DNA of 64,000 nucleotides. It comes from an uncultured Pelagibacteraceae bacterium (GTDB lineage: Bacteria; Pseudomonadota; Alphaproteobacteria; Pelagibacterales; Pelagibacteraceae). The stretch covers positions 3,730 to 67,729 of the forward strand of contig CACFVE010000002.1 in the NCBI GenBank assembly GCA_902569735.1, given 5' to 3'. The first letter of the stretch is position 1. Every line of letters starts with the position of its first letter. This document shows, in pieces, positions 38,222-47,538 of this stretch. A program made the translations under genes and the position numbers. Below the pieces are notes generated by a model. That model made no database searches and was not told where the DNA came from. It saw only the letters and a program-made list of their open reading frames with translations.

Positions 38222-38300
38222 TTTATTCTTACTGTTGTTTTCATCCTCATTTCTTGCTTAAATATTTGAAATTAATTAATTAATTAACAAAGGGGAACTC

Positions 38301-39542
38301 ATGAATAAACTAGTAAAACTATTTACTATATTTATTTCAGCTATAACTTTAACATTAGCAAGTATCTCTTCATCTTTTGCAAAAGTTGAAGGTGAATACA
38401 TTGTGTTAGGTTCAGCAATATCTCTTACAGGAAAATATTCTTCTAATGGAGTACACACTCAAAACGGTTACAACATGGCCGTTGAAAGAATTAACAAAAT
38501 GGGTGGTGTAACAGTTGGAGGAAAAAGCTACAAATTTGAAATTATCTATTATGATGATGAGTCAAATCCTAAAAGAGCTGCTCAGTTAGCTGAAAGACTA
38601 ATTAAACAAGATGGCGTTCATTACATGCTTGGACCATACAGTTCAGGTTTAACGAAAGCCATTGCACCAGTAACCGAGAAATATAAAATTCCTATGGTTG
38701 AAGCAAATGGTGCATCTAGATCTTTATTTACTAAAGGATATAAATATTTGTTCGCGGTGTTATCACCAGCTAACCAATACCTTGAAGTAGCTATTGATCT
38801 AGCGGTAGAGAAAAACGGTGGTAAGCCAGTTAAAATTGCTCAAGCATTTGAACAGGATGCTTTCTCGCAAGACGTAAGACTTGGTATTTTAGATGCAGCA
38901 AAAAGAACTGGATCTGAGATCATCATCGATGACAAACTACCAAAAGAACTTAACGATATGGCAGCTACATTGGCTAAAGTAAAAGCCGTTAAGCCAGATG
39001 TACTTGTTGTATCAGGTCACACAAAAGGTGCGTTAACTGCAATCAGACAAATTTCTGAAATGAAAGTTGATGTTCCTATGTTAGCGATGACACACTGTGA
39101 TGCTGCTAAACTTTCTAAACAACATGGAAAGAAATCAGAATACGCATTGTGTGCTTCTCAGTGGCATAAAAACTTAAGCTATAAAGATAAGTTTTTTGGT
39201 TCAGGTAAAAAGTATGACAAAGACTTTAAAAAAGAGTTTGGTTATGCTCCACCTTACCAATCAGCTGAATCATCTGCTGCTTTACTAGTGTTTAAAGATG
39301 CGTTCGAAAGAGCAAATTCTTTTGACAGAGATAAAGTAAGAGATGCTCTTAAAACTACTGAAATGCAAACTTTCTATGGAAATATTAAATTTGGTCCTGG
39401 CGGTCAAAACGTTGCTAAACCAATGATCTTGTTCCAAGTAAGATGTAAAGGTGATGTGTGTGAGAATAAAGTTGTTGCTCCAACTAAATGGGCATCTGAC
39501 AAATTCTACCACCCAATCCCTAAGTGGTCAGAAAGAAGTTAA
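38301..39542 (+). CDS. Liv-type ABC transporter substrate-binding protein
   Basis: Signal peptide; SLTGKYS, YDDESNP and LGPYSSG motifs. Confidence 0.92.
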   Translation: MNKLVKLFTIFISAITLTLASISSSFAKVEGEYIVLGSAISLTGKYSSNGVHTQNGYNMAVERINKMGGVTVGGKSYKFEIIYYDDESNPKRAAQLAERLIKQDGVHYMLGPYSSGLTKAIAPVTEKYKIPMVEANGASRSLFTKGYKYLFAVLSPANQYLEVAIDLAVEKNGGKPVKIAQAFEQDAFSQDVRLGILDAAKRTGSEIIIDDKLPKELNDMAATLAKVKAVKPDVLVVSGHTKGALTAIRQISEMKVDVPMLAMTHCDAAKLSKQHGKKSEYALCASQWHKNLSYKDKFFGSGKKYDKDFKKEFGYAPPYQSAESSAALLVFKDAFERANSFDRDKVRDALKTTEMQTFYGNIKFGPGGQNVAKPMILFQVRCKGDVCENKVVAPTKWASDKFYHPIPKWSERS

Positions 39543-39560
39543 TAGCTTATAAATAATTTG

Positions 39561-39594
39561 AAAAAGCCCCTAGTTTTCTAGGGGCTTTTCTTTT
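39561..39594 (+). terminator. Intrinsic terminator or stabilising hairpin after the substrate-binding protein gene
   Basis: AAAAGCCCCTAG-TTTT-CTAGGGGCTTTT followed by CTTTT. Confidence 0.85.
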
Positions 39595-39611
39595 ATAAAT
39601 TTTGAAATTTT

Positions 39612-40505
39612 ATGGACTTTCTAATTTTTAAAGCTCCAATGTTAATGGTCCAAGCATCATTGGACGGAATTCTTCTAGGGATTTTATTTGCACTTATTGC
39701 CTACGGAATGGCTCTTCAGTGGGGGGTTATGAATATAATCAATATTGCACAAGGTGATTTAGTAATACTCGGAGGTTATATTGCATACACCATGTATCTT
39801 GCTGGAATTCATCCAGCTTGGGGAGTTATTGTTTCTCCAATTATAATGTATTTCGTTGGCTGGGCACTTTATAAATTAGTGATTAATAAAGTTGTGGATC
39901 GAGATTTATTTATTTCAATTTTAGCAACTTTCGGTATCGCTATTGTATTTCAACAGTTAATGAATTTTATTTTTGGTGCAGATGTAGTTGTTGCACAGTC
40001 TGAATATGGAACAACAATGTTATTTGATAATTCAGTTACCCTGCCAAATTCAAAAATATTCTCTGCTTTTATAAGCGTTTTATATGCAATAGCTTTGGTT
40101 GTTTATATGAAAAAATCTAGACTAGGACGAGCTATAAGAGCTACGGCACAAAATGCTAGAGCTGCAAAAATTTTAGGAGTAGACACAGAAAAAGTTTATG
40201 CTGCAACTTTTGGGATTAATGCTGCGTTATGTGGGATTGCGGGAGCTCTAATTTCAATTACTCTTACCCTTCATCCTTATGTAGGACTTCCTTATACGGT
40301 TAGATCTTTCATGATAGTTATTGTAGCAGGTCTTGGCAATTTACCAGCGGTAGCAATTTCAGGAATGGGATTGGGACTATTTGAAGAGTTTGCAGATTAT
40401 ATTTTAGGAACAGAATTTAGAATTGGTGCAGTGTTTATGCTGCTAGTTTTCATCTTGGTATACAGAAGATTTAAATTATCAAAAAAAAGAGAGTATTTAA
40501 AATGA
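39612..40505 (+). CDS. Liv-type ABC permease (LivH-like)
   Basis: GVMNIINIAQG and GRAIRATAQN...A..LGVD motifs. Confidence 0.92.
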   Translation: MDFLIFKAPMLMVQASLDGILLGILFALIAYGMALQWGVMNIINIAQGDLVILGGYIAYTMYLAGIHPAWGVIVSPIIMYFVGWALYKLVINKVVDRDLFISILATFGIAIVFQQLMNFIFGADVVVAQSEYGTTMLFDNSVTLPNSKIFSAFISVLYAIALVVYMKKSRLGRAIRATAQNARAAKILGVDTEKVYAATFGINAALCGIAGALISITLTLHPYVGLPYTVRSFMIVIVAGLGNLPAVAISGMGLGLFEEFADYILGTEFRIGAVFMLLVFILVYRRFKLSKKREYLK

Positions 40506-41509
40506 AGAAATTATTAGTTATCTTTGTTGTTTCAATTTTAAGCTTTTCAGCAAATGCAGAGTCCAGATTTGGAGATTTGACAGAAATGCGTGACGATAGA
40601 ATGCGAGGTAAAGATGGTAAGTGGGTAAGACCTCATCCTGGCCCTTTTATTTGGAATGGAATTGAAAGAGAACAAGGAGTTTTTTCTTGGGAAGAAGCAG
40701 ATAAATATGTTGTTTATGCACAAGAGCATAATCAAAAAACTTTAGCTACTATCTGGCCTCATGCTAATTGGGAGCAGAAATCATGCAAAAGAAGAAAGGC
40801 AAATAGCCCATTTGGAAGAAAGTTTACAAAATATTTGAGCAAACCTTGTTCAATGGAAAATTATAAAATTTTTCTTACTAAATTAGTGGATCGCTATGAT
40901 GGAGATGGAAAAAACGATATGCCAGGATTAACTAAGCCAATTAAACATTGGCAAATAATGAATGAGCCTGAGTACAAAATGTTTTTTAGTGGCAAAAGAG
41001 ATGATTTTGTTGAAATTTTTAATTTTTCTTCAGAATTAATAAAGTCAAAGCAAAAAGACTCTGTCATTGTAATGGCTGGTGCTGCTGGAATGTTTCCTGA
41101 AAATAAATCATGGTGGAGGTCTACTTTACCAAAAATTAAAGACCATTTTGATATAGCTGCTATACATCACATAACTCCTCCAGAGGGAAATTGTGACAGA
41201 GAATTTTGGGTAGATGAATTTTCAGATTTACTAAAAAGTTTAAATATAGATAAGCCTATTTGGGTAACTGAAGCAATGTTAGGAAAATGCAGAGTTATAA
41301 CTACTTACGTTAAGGCTTTTGCTAGCGGAGCTGAATTAATTATAGATGTAGGCCCTAATGCTCCAGGTATGAAGATGAGCAAAGGTGCAAGAAAGAAATT
41401 AAATGCTTTTATAAATGAAGTTGATGGCTTTAAATCTGTAAATTTAATTTCAAAAAAAAAAGCTGAATTTGTTATGAAAGATGGTTCTAAAAAAATAATA
41501 GAGTTTTAA
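40502..41509 (+). CDS. Secreted clan GH-A glycoside hydrolase-like protein (GH5/GH39-like)
   Basis: Signal peptide; W..IE...G.F.W...D, WQIMNEPE (acid/base) and PIWVTE (nucleophile) motifs. Confidence 0.72.
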   Translation: MKKLLVIFVVSILSFSANAESRFGDLTEMRDDRMRGKDGKWVRPHPGPFIWNGIEREQGVFSWEEADKYVVYAQEHNQKTLATIWPHANWEQKSCKRRKANSPFGRKFTKYLSKPCSMENYKIFLTKLVDRYDGDGKNDMPGLTKPIKHWQIMNEPEYKMFFSGKRDDFVEIFNFSSELIKSKQKDSVIVMAGAAGMFPENKSWWRSTLPKIKDHFDIAAIHHITPPEGNCDREFWVDEFSDLLKSLNIDKPIWVTEAMLGKCRVITTYVKAFASGAELIIDVGPNAPGMKMSKGARKKLNAFINEVDGFKSVNLISKKKAEFVMKDGSKKIIEF

Positions 41510-41510
41510 G

Positions 41511-42566
41511 ATGAAACAAAAAGATTTAATATTATATTCTGGTTTAATTATCTTAGGTTTAGCTGCACCTTTTTTATTCTCTGCTTTTAAAGTTCAGCTT
41601 ACATACCTTTGTGTCTTAATCGTTCTGGCGATGACTTGGAATTTACAAGGCGGAGAAATGGGCTACAATAGTTTTGGAAATATTCTTTTCTATGGTCTTG
41701 GAATGTACCTAACTGCATCAGTTCAAGTAGGCATGTTTTTTCCATTAGCAGAATGGACGGAAAGTGGTGGGGAAAAAACATTCGTGCATACTACGGCACA
41801 ATATTTTCAAGGAATAGGTGTTGGTTTATTAGTTGCAGCCATTATACCTACCATTGTTGCAGGCGCTATAGGTTATGCTATTTTAGGTTTAAGAGGTCAT
41901 TACTTTGCAATTTGTACTTTAGGTTTAGGAATTGCAGCAGGTGAAATCGCTGGAGGGATAGAAATTATTGGGGCAGGTCAAGGCTTCACTACACCACCTT
42001 TTCCAGCAGAAATAGTTGATCCTGAAGCAAGAGGACAATTTTTCTACTTCTTAAGTTTTTTAGTATTAGTTCTAGCATTTGTTTTTGTTAAATATATTTA
42101 CGGCTCTAGATTTAGACTAATTTTAAATGCAATAAGAGATAATGAAGATAAAGCAGAAGCTATGGGCATTCAAACAATGAAATATAAAATTGTTGGTTGG
42201 ATGTGCTCAGCATTTTTCTGTGGTCTTGCTGGTGGAATTATGGGTGGACTAATTGGATATATAGACTCCACTGATGTTGCATTTGATGGAAGAGAGATGG
42301 GAGTATTCATGGTTCTTATGGCAATACTTGGTGGAAAAGGAACTTTGTGGGGACCAATTATTGGCGCAACTTTATTCCATTTCTTTAAAGAAGGTCTTTG
42401 GACTTTTATATTGGGTTGGCAATATGTTGCGCTAGGAGTTTTAATCGTTGTGATCGTGGTTTATTTCCCGGAAGGATTAATGGGTTGGTTAAGAGAAAAA
42501 TACCCTGAAAGATTTGGTGAAGTTATTGATGAAAAAGATCGTAAAGCACAGGTGGAATTAAAATGA
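41511..42566 (+). CDS. Liv-type ABC permease (LivM-like)
   Basis: LRGHYFAICTL, AIRDNEDKAEAMG and ILGGKGTLWGP motifs. Confidence 0.92.
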   Translation: MKQKDLILYSGLIILGLAAPFLFSAFKVQLTYLCVLIVLAMTWNLQGGEMGYNSFGNILFYGLGMYLTASVQVGMFFPLAEWTESGGEKTFVHTTAQYFQGIGVGLLVAAIIPTIVAGAIGYAILGLRGHYFAICTLGLGIAAGEIAGGIEIIGAGQGFTTPPFPAEIVDPEARGQFFYFLSFLVLVLAFVFVKYIYGSRFRLILNAIRDNEDKAEAMGIQTMKYKIVGWMCSAFFCGLAGGIMGGLIGYIDSTDVAFDGREMGVFMVLMAILGGKGTLWGPIIGATLFHFFKEGLWTFILGWQYVALGVLIVVIVVYFPEGLMGWLREKYPERFGEVIDEKDRKAQVELK

Positions 42567-43297
42567 GTATTCTAGAAGTAAAAAGTGTAAGTAAATCTTT
42601 TGGAGGAGTGAAAGCCAACGTAGATATTTCTGTTTCAGTAGAACAAGGATCAATTGTAGGTTTAATTGGACCTAATGGTTCAGGCAAAACTACTTTATTT
42701 AATTCTATTGTAGGAACACATCCAATAGATAAAGGATCTATTGTTTTTGATAACACAGAGGTTTCAGAAATGCCTGTTCCTGCAGTAGCTAAACTGGGAT
42801 TATTAAGAACATTTCAGCAAACAAGAATTTATTCTAAACTTAATTGCGTAGAAAATATGTTAATTAGCCATAAGGCTAGTGACTCGGGATTTATATTTGC
42901 AAAAATACCTACAGAGCTTACTGAAAAAGCAGAAAATATTTTAAATTTTGTAGGACTTTATCAAAAGAGAAATTTAAGAGCAGGCGACCTATCATTTGGA
43001 CAACAAAAATTATTAGAATTAGCGATGGCTTTAATGAACGAGCCAAAAATGCTTTTATTAGATGAGCCAACTGCTGGAATTAATCCAACTTTAATAAACG
43101 GAATTATTGATAGATTGATTAAAGTTAATAAAGATTATGGAATAACTTTATTAGTTATTGAACATAATATGAGAGTGATTATGAGTTTAGCTCAAAAAAT
43201 TTTCTGTCTAGCACATGGAAAAATGTTAGCTGAAGGTTCACCTGATCAAATTAAAAATGATAAGCGAGTTGTAGATGCTTATCTAGGAGCACAATAA
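42563..43297 (+). CDS. Liv-type ABC ATPase (LivG-like)
   Basis: GPNGSGKTT, LSFGQQK and LLDEPTAG motifs. Confidence 0.93.
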   Translation: MSILEVKSVSKSFGGVKANVDISVSVEQGSIVGLIGPNGSGKTTLFNSIVGTHPIDKGSIVFDNTEVSEMPVPAVAKLGLLRTFQQTRIYSKLNCVENMLISHKASDSGFIFAKIPTELTEKAENILNFVGLYQKRNLRAGDLSFGQQKLLELAMALMNEPKMLLLDEPTAGINPTLINGIIDRLIKVNKDYGITLLVIEHNMRVIMSLAQKIFCLAHGKMLAEGSPDQIKNDKRVVDAYLGAQ

Positions 43298-44082
43298 TGG
43301 CCAATCAATATGATGTTTTAGGTAAAGCACCAGGTTTAGAAGAGTTAAACAAACTTTCTTCCAAAGATGTTCATTTAACTATAAGAGGTTTAAACGCAGG
43401 TTACGGAAAGATGGAGATACTCCATAACTTTGATTTGACAGTCAGTAAAGCCCAATCTCTTTGTTTAATAGGACCTAACGGTGCAGGAAAATCTACAATT
43501 CTTCATTCTATATATGGTTTTACAAATATTTTTGATGGAAAAATTGAATTAGAAGGAAATGAAATTACAAAATTAACCCCAGCACAAAAATTAAGCAAAG
43601 TAGGTATTGCTTATATCTTGCAAGATAACTCAGTGTTTCCAGATATGACAGTAGAGGAAAATCTTTTAATGGGCGGGTACATTAAAGATAAACAGGACGA
43701 AGCTTACGAAGAAGCGGAGAGAATTTTTAAAAAATATGAAAGATTAAGAAATAGAAGAAATCAACCTGCAAAAGTTTTATCAGGTGGTGAGAGAAGATTA
43801 TTAGAAATCTCAAGAGCCTTAGTTATGAAACCTTCAGTTTTATTAGTGGATGAACCTTCTATTGGTTTAGAACCTAAATATATAAGCATGGTTTTCGAAA
43901 TTTTAGAAGATCTTCAAAAAAATGAAAAGAAAACAATAATCTTAGTAGAGCAGAACGCAAAAAAAGGTTTAGAGTTTGCTGATATTGGATATGTTTTAGT
44001 TTCAGGTCAAACTGCCATTGCAGGAAAAGGTGACGATTTATTAAAGAATCCAGACGTAGGAAGATTATTCCTTGGTGGATGA
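43297..44082 (+). CDS. Liv-type ABC ATPase (LivF-like)
   Basis: GPNGAGKST, LSGGE, DEPSIGL and VEQNA motifs. Confidence 0.93.
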   Translation: MANQYDVLGKAPGLEELNKLSSKDVHLTIRGLNAGYGKMEILHNFDLTVSKAQSLCLIGPNGAGKSTILHSIYGFTNIFDGKIELEGNEITKLTPAQKLSKVGIAYILQDNSVFPDMTVEENLLMGGYIKDKQDEAYEEAERIFKKYERLRNRRNQPAKVLSGGERRLLEISRALVMKPSVLLVDEPSIGLEPKYISMVFEILEDLQKNEKKTIILVEQNAKKGLEFADIGYVLVSGQTAIAGKGDDLLKNPDVGRLFLGG

Positions 44083-44783
44083 TAAATTCAAAAGTATTTC
44101 TAAAGGGTTTAAGATCATTACAAGGTTCTAAAAGTCCAGCTATTCCTTTAGCGGCATGTTTTGTTGCATTAGGTGCTTTATTGAAAGATGCTGGTTTTAA
44201 TTTACAACAAAGTGCTGCCTCAAGTTTATTTACTTATGCATTACCTGGTCAATTGGTAATGGCGGAGTCATTACTAGTTGGTGCCTCAATAGTGAATATA
44301 TTTATAGCGGTATGGTTAGTAAATTTTAGACTTTATCCAATGACAGTTTCTTTATTTCCATTACTAGAACATAAAACTCAACCGAAATGGAAATATTATT
44401 TATCATGTCATTTCTTAGCAGTGACATCTTGGTTGATTGCTAAAGACAGTTACAAAAAAATAGATAAAAAACACAGAATAGATTTTTGGATTGGAATAGG
44501 TATTGGAACTTGGTCAACTGCAATTTTAATGACAGTACTAGGTTATCTTTCGGCTGATTATTTAAATAAAGATATGCTAATTGGTTTAGCAATTGTTAAC
44601 CCAGTTTATTTCTTTTGTATGATGATTGGTGCAATGAAAAACTTGAGCATATCTATTGCAGTTATTGGAGGAACAATTTTGGGCCCTCTAATTTATTTAG
44701 CTTCAACAGAGTGGGCTTTATTGTTTGCAGGCTTAATTGGCGGAACAGTCGCTTTTTTATTTGGAGAAAAAAATGGCAAGTAG
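44079..44783 (+). CDS. azlC: AzlC family exporter subunit
   Basis: YALPGQLV, LVNFRLYPM; multi-TM; paired with an AzlD-like gene. Confidence 0.82.
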   Translation: MINSKVFLKGLRSLQGSKSPAIPLAACFVALGALLKDAGFNLQQSAASSLFTYALPGQLVMAESLLVGASIVNIFIAVWLVNFRLYPMTVSLFPLLEHKTQPKWKYYLSCHFLAVTSWLIAKDSYKKIDKKHRIDFWIGIGIGTWSTAILMTVLGYLSADYLNKDMLIGLAIVNPVYFFCMMIGAMKNLSISIAVIGGTILGPLIYLASTEWALLFAGLIGGTVAFLFGEKNGK

Positions 44784-45099
44784 TCAAATAATAATTCTAG
44801 CAATTATAGCAACTTCGCTAGCAACGTTTATTTCTCGTTTTATGGGAGCTCTAACTTCAGAAAAAGTAAGTGTAAAATCTAATATATTTCAGTGGTTTAA
44901 TTGTGTTGCCTATTCAACTTTAGCAGCATTATTAGGTAGAATGATTATATTTCCCGCAGGAGTACTTGCCGAGTCATATCTTTTTATAAGAGTAGCGGTA
45001 TTAGTAATCTGCATCATTATCTTTATTGTAACTAAAAAAAATCTAGTAGTTCCAACAATAGTTTCTGCTATACTTTTATCTGTTTTAACAAGTGTATGA
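44773..45099 (+). CDS. azlD: AzlD family exporter subunit
   Basis: Small membrane protein after azlC with ATFISR and CVAYSTLAAL; ATG 44773. Confidence 0.78.
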   Translation: MASSQIIILAIIATSLATFISRFMGALTSEKVSVKSNIFQWFNCVAYSTLAALLGRMIIFPAGVLAESYLFIRVAVLVICIIIFIVTKKNLVVPTIVSAILLSVLTSV

Positions 45100-45992
45100 G
45101 TTTAGAAATTAAAGATCATAGTAAGTCCAAAAGAGTAAAAGTTATAGGACTAAAAGAAAGTAGCTTGGATAAGCTTATTTTTCCTTTTAAAAAACATACT
45201 ATAACTTCATTAGAATACAAACCTTTTTCAAGATTTACTCTAGCTAAAAGTTTAGATGAGGTTTTTGAAGGCAAACTTAGCAAATCTTTAGTTAAGATAG
45301 TAAATGATAGAGAATCTGGCACAGCTATAATTGAGCCTGAAATTAATAATAAAAAATTTGATAAAGATTTCTTAGTTAAACTTTCAACTGGTTTAGCTTA
45401 TCTAGTTGGCAACCCAAATTTTGATTCAATGTCTGGCAAATATTATGCTAGGTTTTATGTTAAACACCAAGACAGTAGTGATTCTTATTTAAGAAAAGCT
45501 TACAATAATTTAGATCTACATACTGATGGCACTTATGTAAAAGAAAAAACAGACTGGTTAATCATGACCAAAATGGAAGAACAGGGAGTTTCCGGAGGTG
45601 AAAGTGTTATTCTACATTTAGATGACTGGGAACATTTAAACGAATTAAGCAGCAATCCTGTAGGACAACAAAATTTTACATGGGGATCACCTAAAAGTAA
45701 AAATATAGATTATAAAGTTGAACATCCTGTATTTAAAAAAGACAAGAACAACAAACCTATAATCTCTTATATAGATCAATTCCCAGAGCCAAAAAATATG
45801 GATCAAGGCTTGTTTTTACAAAGACTTTCAGATTGTCTCGAAGAAAGCAAAAATAAAATCGAATTTCCTTTACCAGTTGGGTCAACTATATTTTCTAATA
45901 ATTATTTTTGGCTTCATGGAAGAAAGCCATTTAAAGAAAACACCAATTTGAGCAGAGAATTGCTTAGAATCAGAGGAACTTTTTTCAATTAA
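45096..45992 (+). CDS. csiD: Glutarate 2-hydroxylase CsiD/GlaH (Fe/2OG dioxygenase)
   Basis: LEYKPFSRF, NFDSMSGKYYARF, DSYLRKAY, LHTDGTYV (HxD), WLHGR and RELLRIRG motifs. Confidence 0.9.
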   Translation: MSLEIKDHSKSKRVKVIGLKESSLDKLIFPFKKHTITSLEYKPFSRFTLAKSLDEVFEGKLSKSLVKIVNDRESGTAIIEPEINNKKFDKDFLVKLSTGLAYLVGNPNFDSMSGKYYARFYVKHQDSSDSYLRKAYNNLDLHTDGTYVKEKTDWLIMTKMEEQGVSGGESVILHLDDWEHLNELSSNPVGQQNFTWGSPKSKNIDYKVEHPVFKKDKNNKPIISYIDQFPEPKNMDQGLFLQRLSDCLEESKNKIEFPLPVGSTIFSNNYFWLHGRKPFKENTNLSRELLRIRGTFFN

Positions 45993-46063
45993 GACCAGTT
46001 GACTCTGCTCTCTCATTCATTTTTAATATTTAAATTAATTAATTAACAACAGAGGAAAATAAT

Positions 46064-47044
46064 ATGTTTAATAATTTGAAAAAATTAATTAGCTTAGTTT
46101 TCGCAACTGTTCTTTTAACTTCAATCTCAACAACTAGTTTTGCAATCGATAAATTACACTTCATTATCGGTGGTGGTGCTGGTGGTGGCTGGGATGGAAC
46201 TGCTAGAGGAACTGGAGAAGCTTTAACTAAAGCTGGTTTTTTAAAAAGTGCTTCATTTGAAAATATGTCAGGTGGTGGTGGAGGAAAAGCTCTATCTTAC
46301 ATAATTAATTCGAAGCCAGAAGGAACTATATTAGTTCAATCAACACCTTTAGTATTAAGATCAATCACTAGACATAAAGGATACGTTAAAGGCTCTGGTG
46401 TATTGTCTTACAAAGATGTTAAACCAATCGCTGGTGTAATTGGTGACTACGGTGCAATCGCAGTTGCTAAAAATTCACCTTATAAAAACTTTAAAGATGT
46501 AGTGGACGCTTACAAAAAAGACCCTAAGTCAATTAAGATGGCTGGTGGTTCTGTAAGAGGAAGCATGGACCATTTAATTGGTGCACTTGCATTTCAAGAG
46601 GCTGGTGCAAACCCTAACAACGTAGTGTACGTACCTTACGATGCTGGCGGTAAAGCTTTAGCCGGACTTTTATCAGGGGAAACTCAAATTCTTTCAACTG
46701 GTTTGGGAGAAGTAATGGGTGCTAGAGACCAAGTAAGAATTATTGGTATCACAGCTCCTAATAGAGTAGGTGATGCTCCGGAAGTACCAACTTTAAAAGA
46801 ACAAGGATTCGATGTTCAGTTTGTTAACTGGAGAGGCTTCTTTGCTCCTAAGAGTATGTCAAGTGGAGACGTTAAGAAGATCGCTAAAATGTTAGGCGAT
46901 GTCCAAAAAACTCCAGAATGGGAAACAGTTAGAAAAAGAAATGCTTGGGTTAACATTTATAATCCAGGAAGTAAATTTGACAGTTTCTTAAAGAAACAAA
47001 CAAAAGAAATGACAAAGTTAATGAAAAAACTAGGCGTTATCTAG
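46064..47044 (+). CDS. tctC: Tripartite tricarboxylate transporter substrate-binding protein
   Basis: GGGAGGGWDGTAR, GGSVRGSMDHL, YDAGG and NWRGFF motifs. Confidence 0.92.
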   Translation: MFNNLKKLISLVFATVLLTSISTTSFAIDKLHFIIGGGAGGGWDGTARGTGEALTKAGFLKSASFENMSGGGGGKALSYIINSKPEGTILVQSTPLVLRSITRHKGYVKGSGVLSYKDVKPIAGVIGDYGAIAVAKNSPYKNFKDVVDAYKKDPKSIKMAGGSVRGSMDHLIGALAFQEAGANPNNVVYVPYDAGGKALAGLLSGETQILSTGLGEVMGARDQVRIIGITAPNRVGDAPEVPTLKEQGFDVQFVNWRGFFAPKSMSSGDVKKIAKMLGDVQKTPEWETVRKRNAWVNIYNPGSKFDSFLKKQTKEMTKLMKKLGVI

Positions 47045-47067
47045 TTAATTAACTTAGAGGAAGAGCA

Positions 47068-47538
47068 GTGAAAATAAATTCAGTTAAAATTATTTCGCTG
47101 CTCTTCTTTGTTTTATCAGCATTTTATTTATATACAGCTCATCAAATACAAGTTTTTGCCTTCGATGAAGGGGCTCCCTTTAATGCTAAAACTTTTCCGA
47201 TTTATCTTGGTTATGCAGGAATGTTTTTTTCTGGTTTAAAAATCGTTCTACCAGATCAAAAACCAATAGAGGTAGATCCAACATATTTAGAATTTAAAAA
47301 AACAATCTTATTAGTACTCACCATGATTGTTTATGGAGCAACTATACTTAAAGTCGGATTCTTTTTATCAACTTCACTTTTTTTAGTCCTTTCATATTAT
47401 TTTTTGGGAGAGAGACGATGGAAATATATTATAATTTTTTCTTTTCCTTTTGTTGCAATTTTTATGTATCTCCTACACGGAGTTTTAGCTGTTTATCTTA
47501 GAGATCCATTATTAAAATATATAGGAATTATGGGATGA
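47068..47538 (+). CDS. tctB: Tripartite tricarboxylate transporter small membrane subunit
   Basis: Four-TM protein between tctC and tctA; KTFP and GFFLST motifs. Confidence 0.87.
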   Translation: MKINSVKIISLLFFVLSAFYLYTAHQIQVFAFDEGAPFNAKTFPIYLGYAGMFFSGLKIVLPDQKPIEVDPTYLEFKKTILLVLTMIVYGATILKVGFFLSTSLFLVLSYYFLGERRWKYIIIFSFPFVAIFMYLLHGVLAVYLRDPLLKYIGIMG

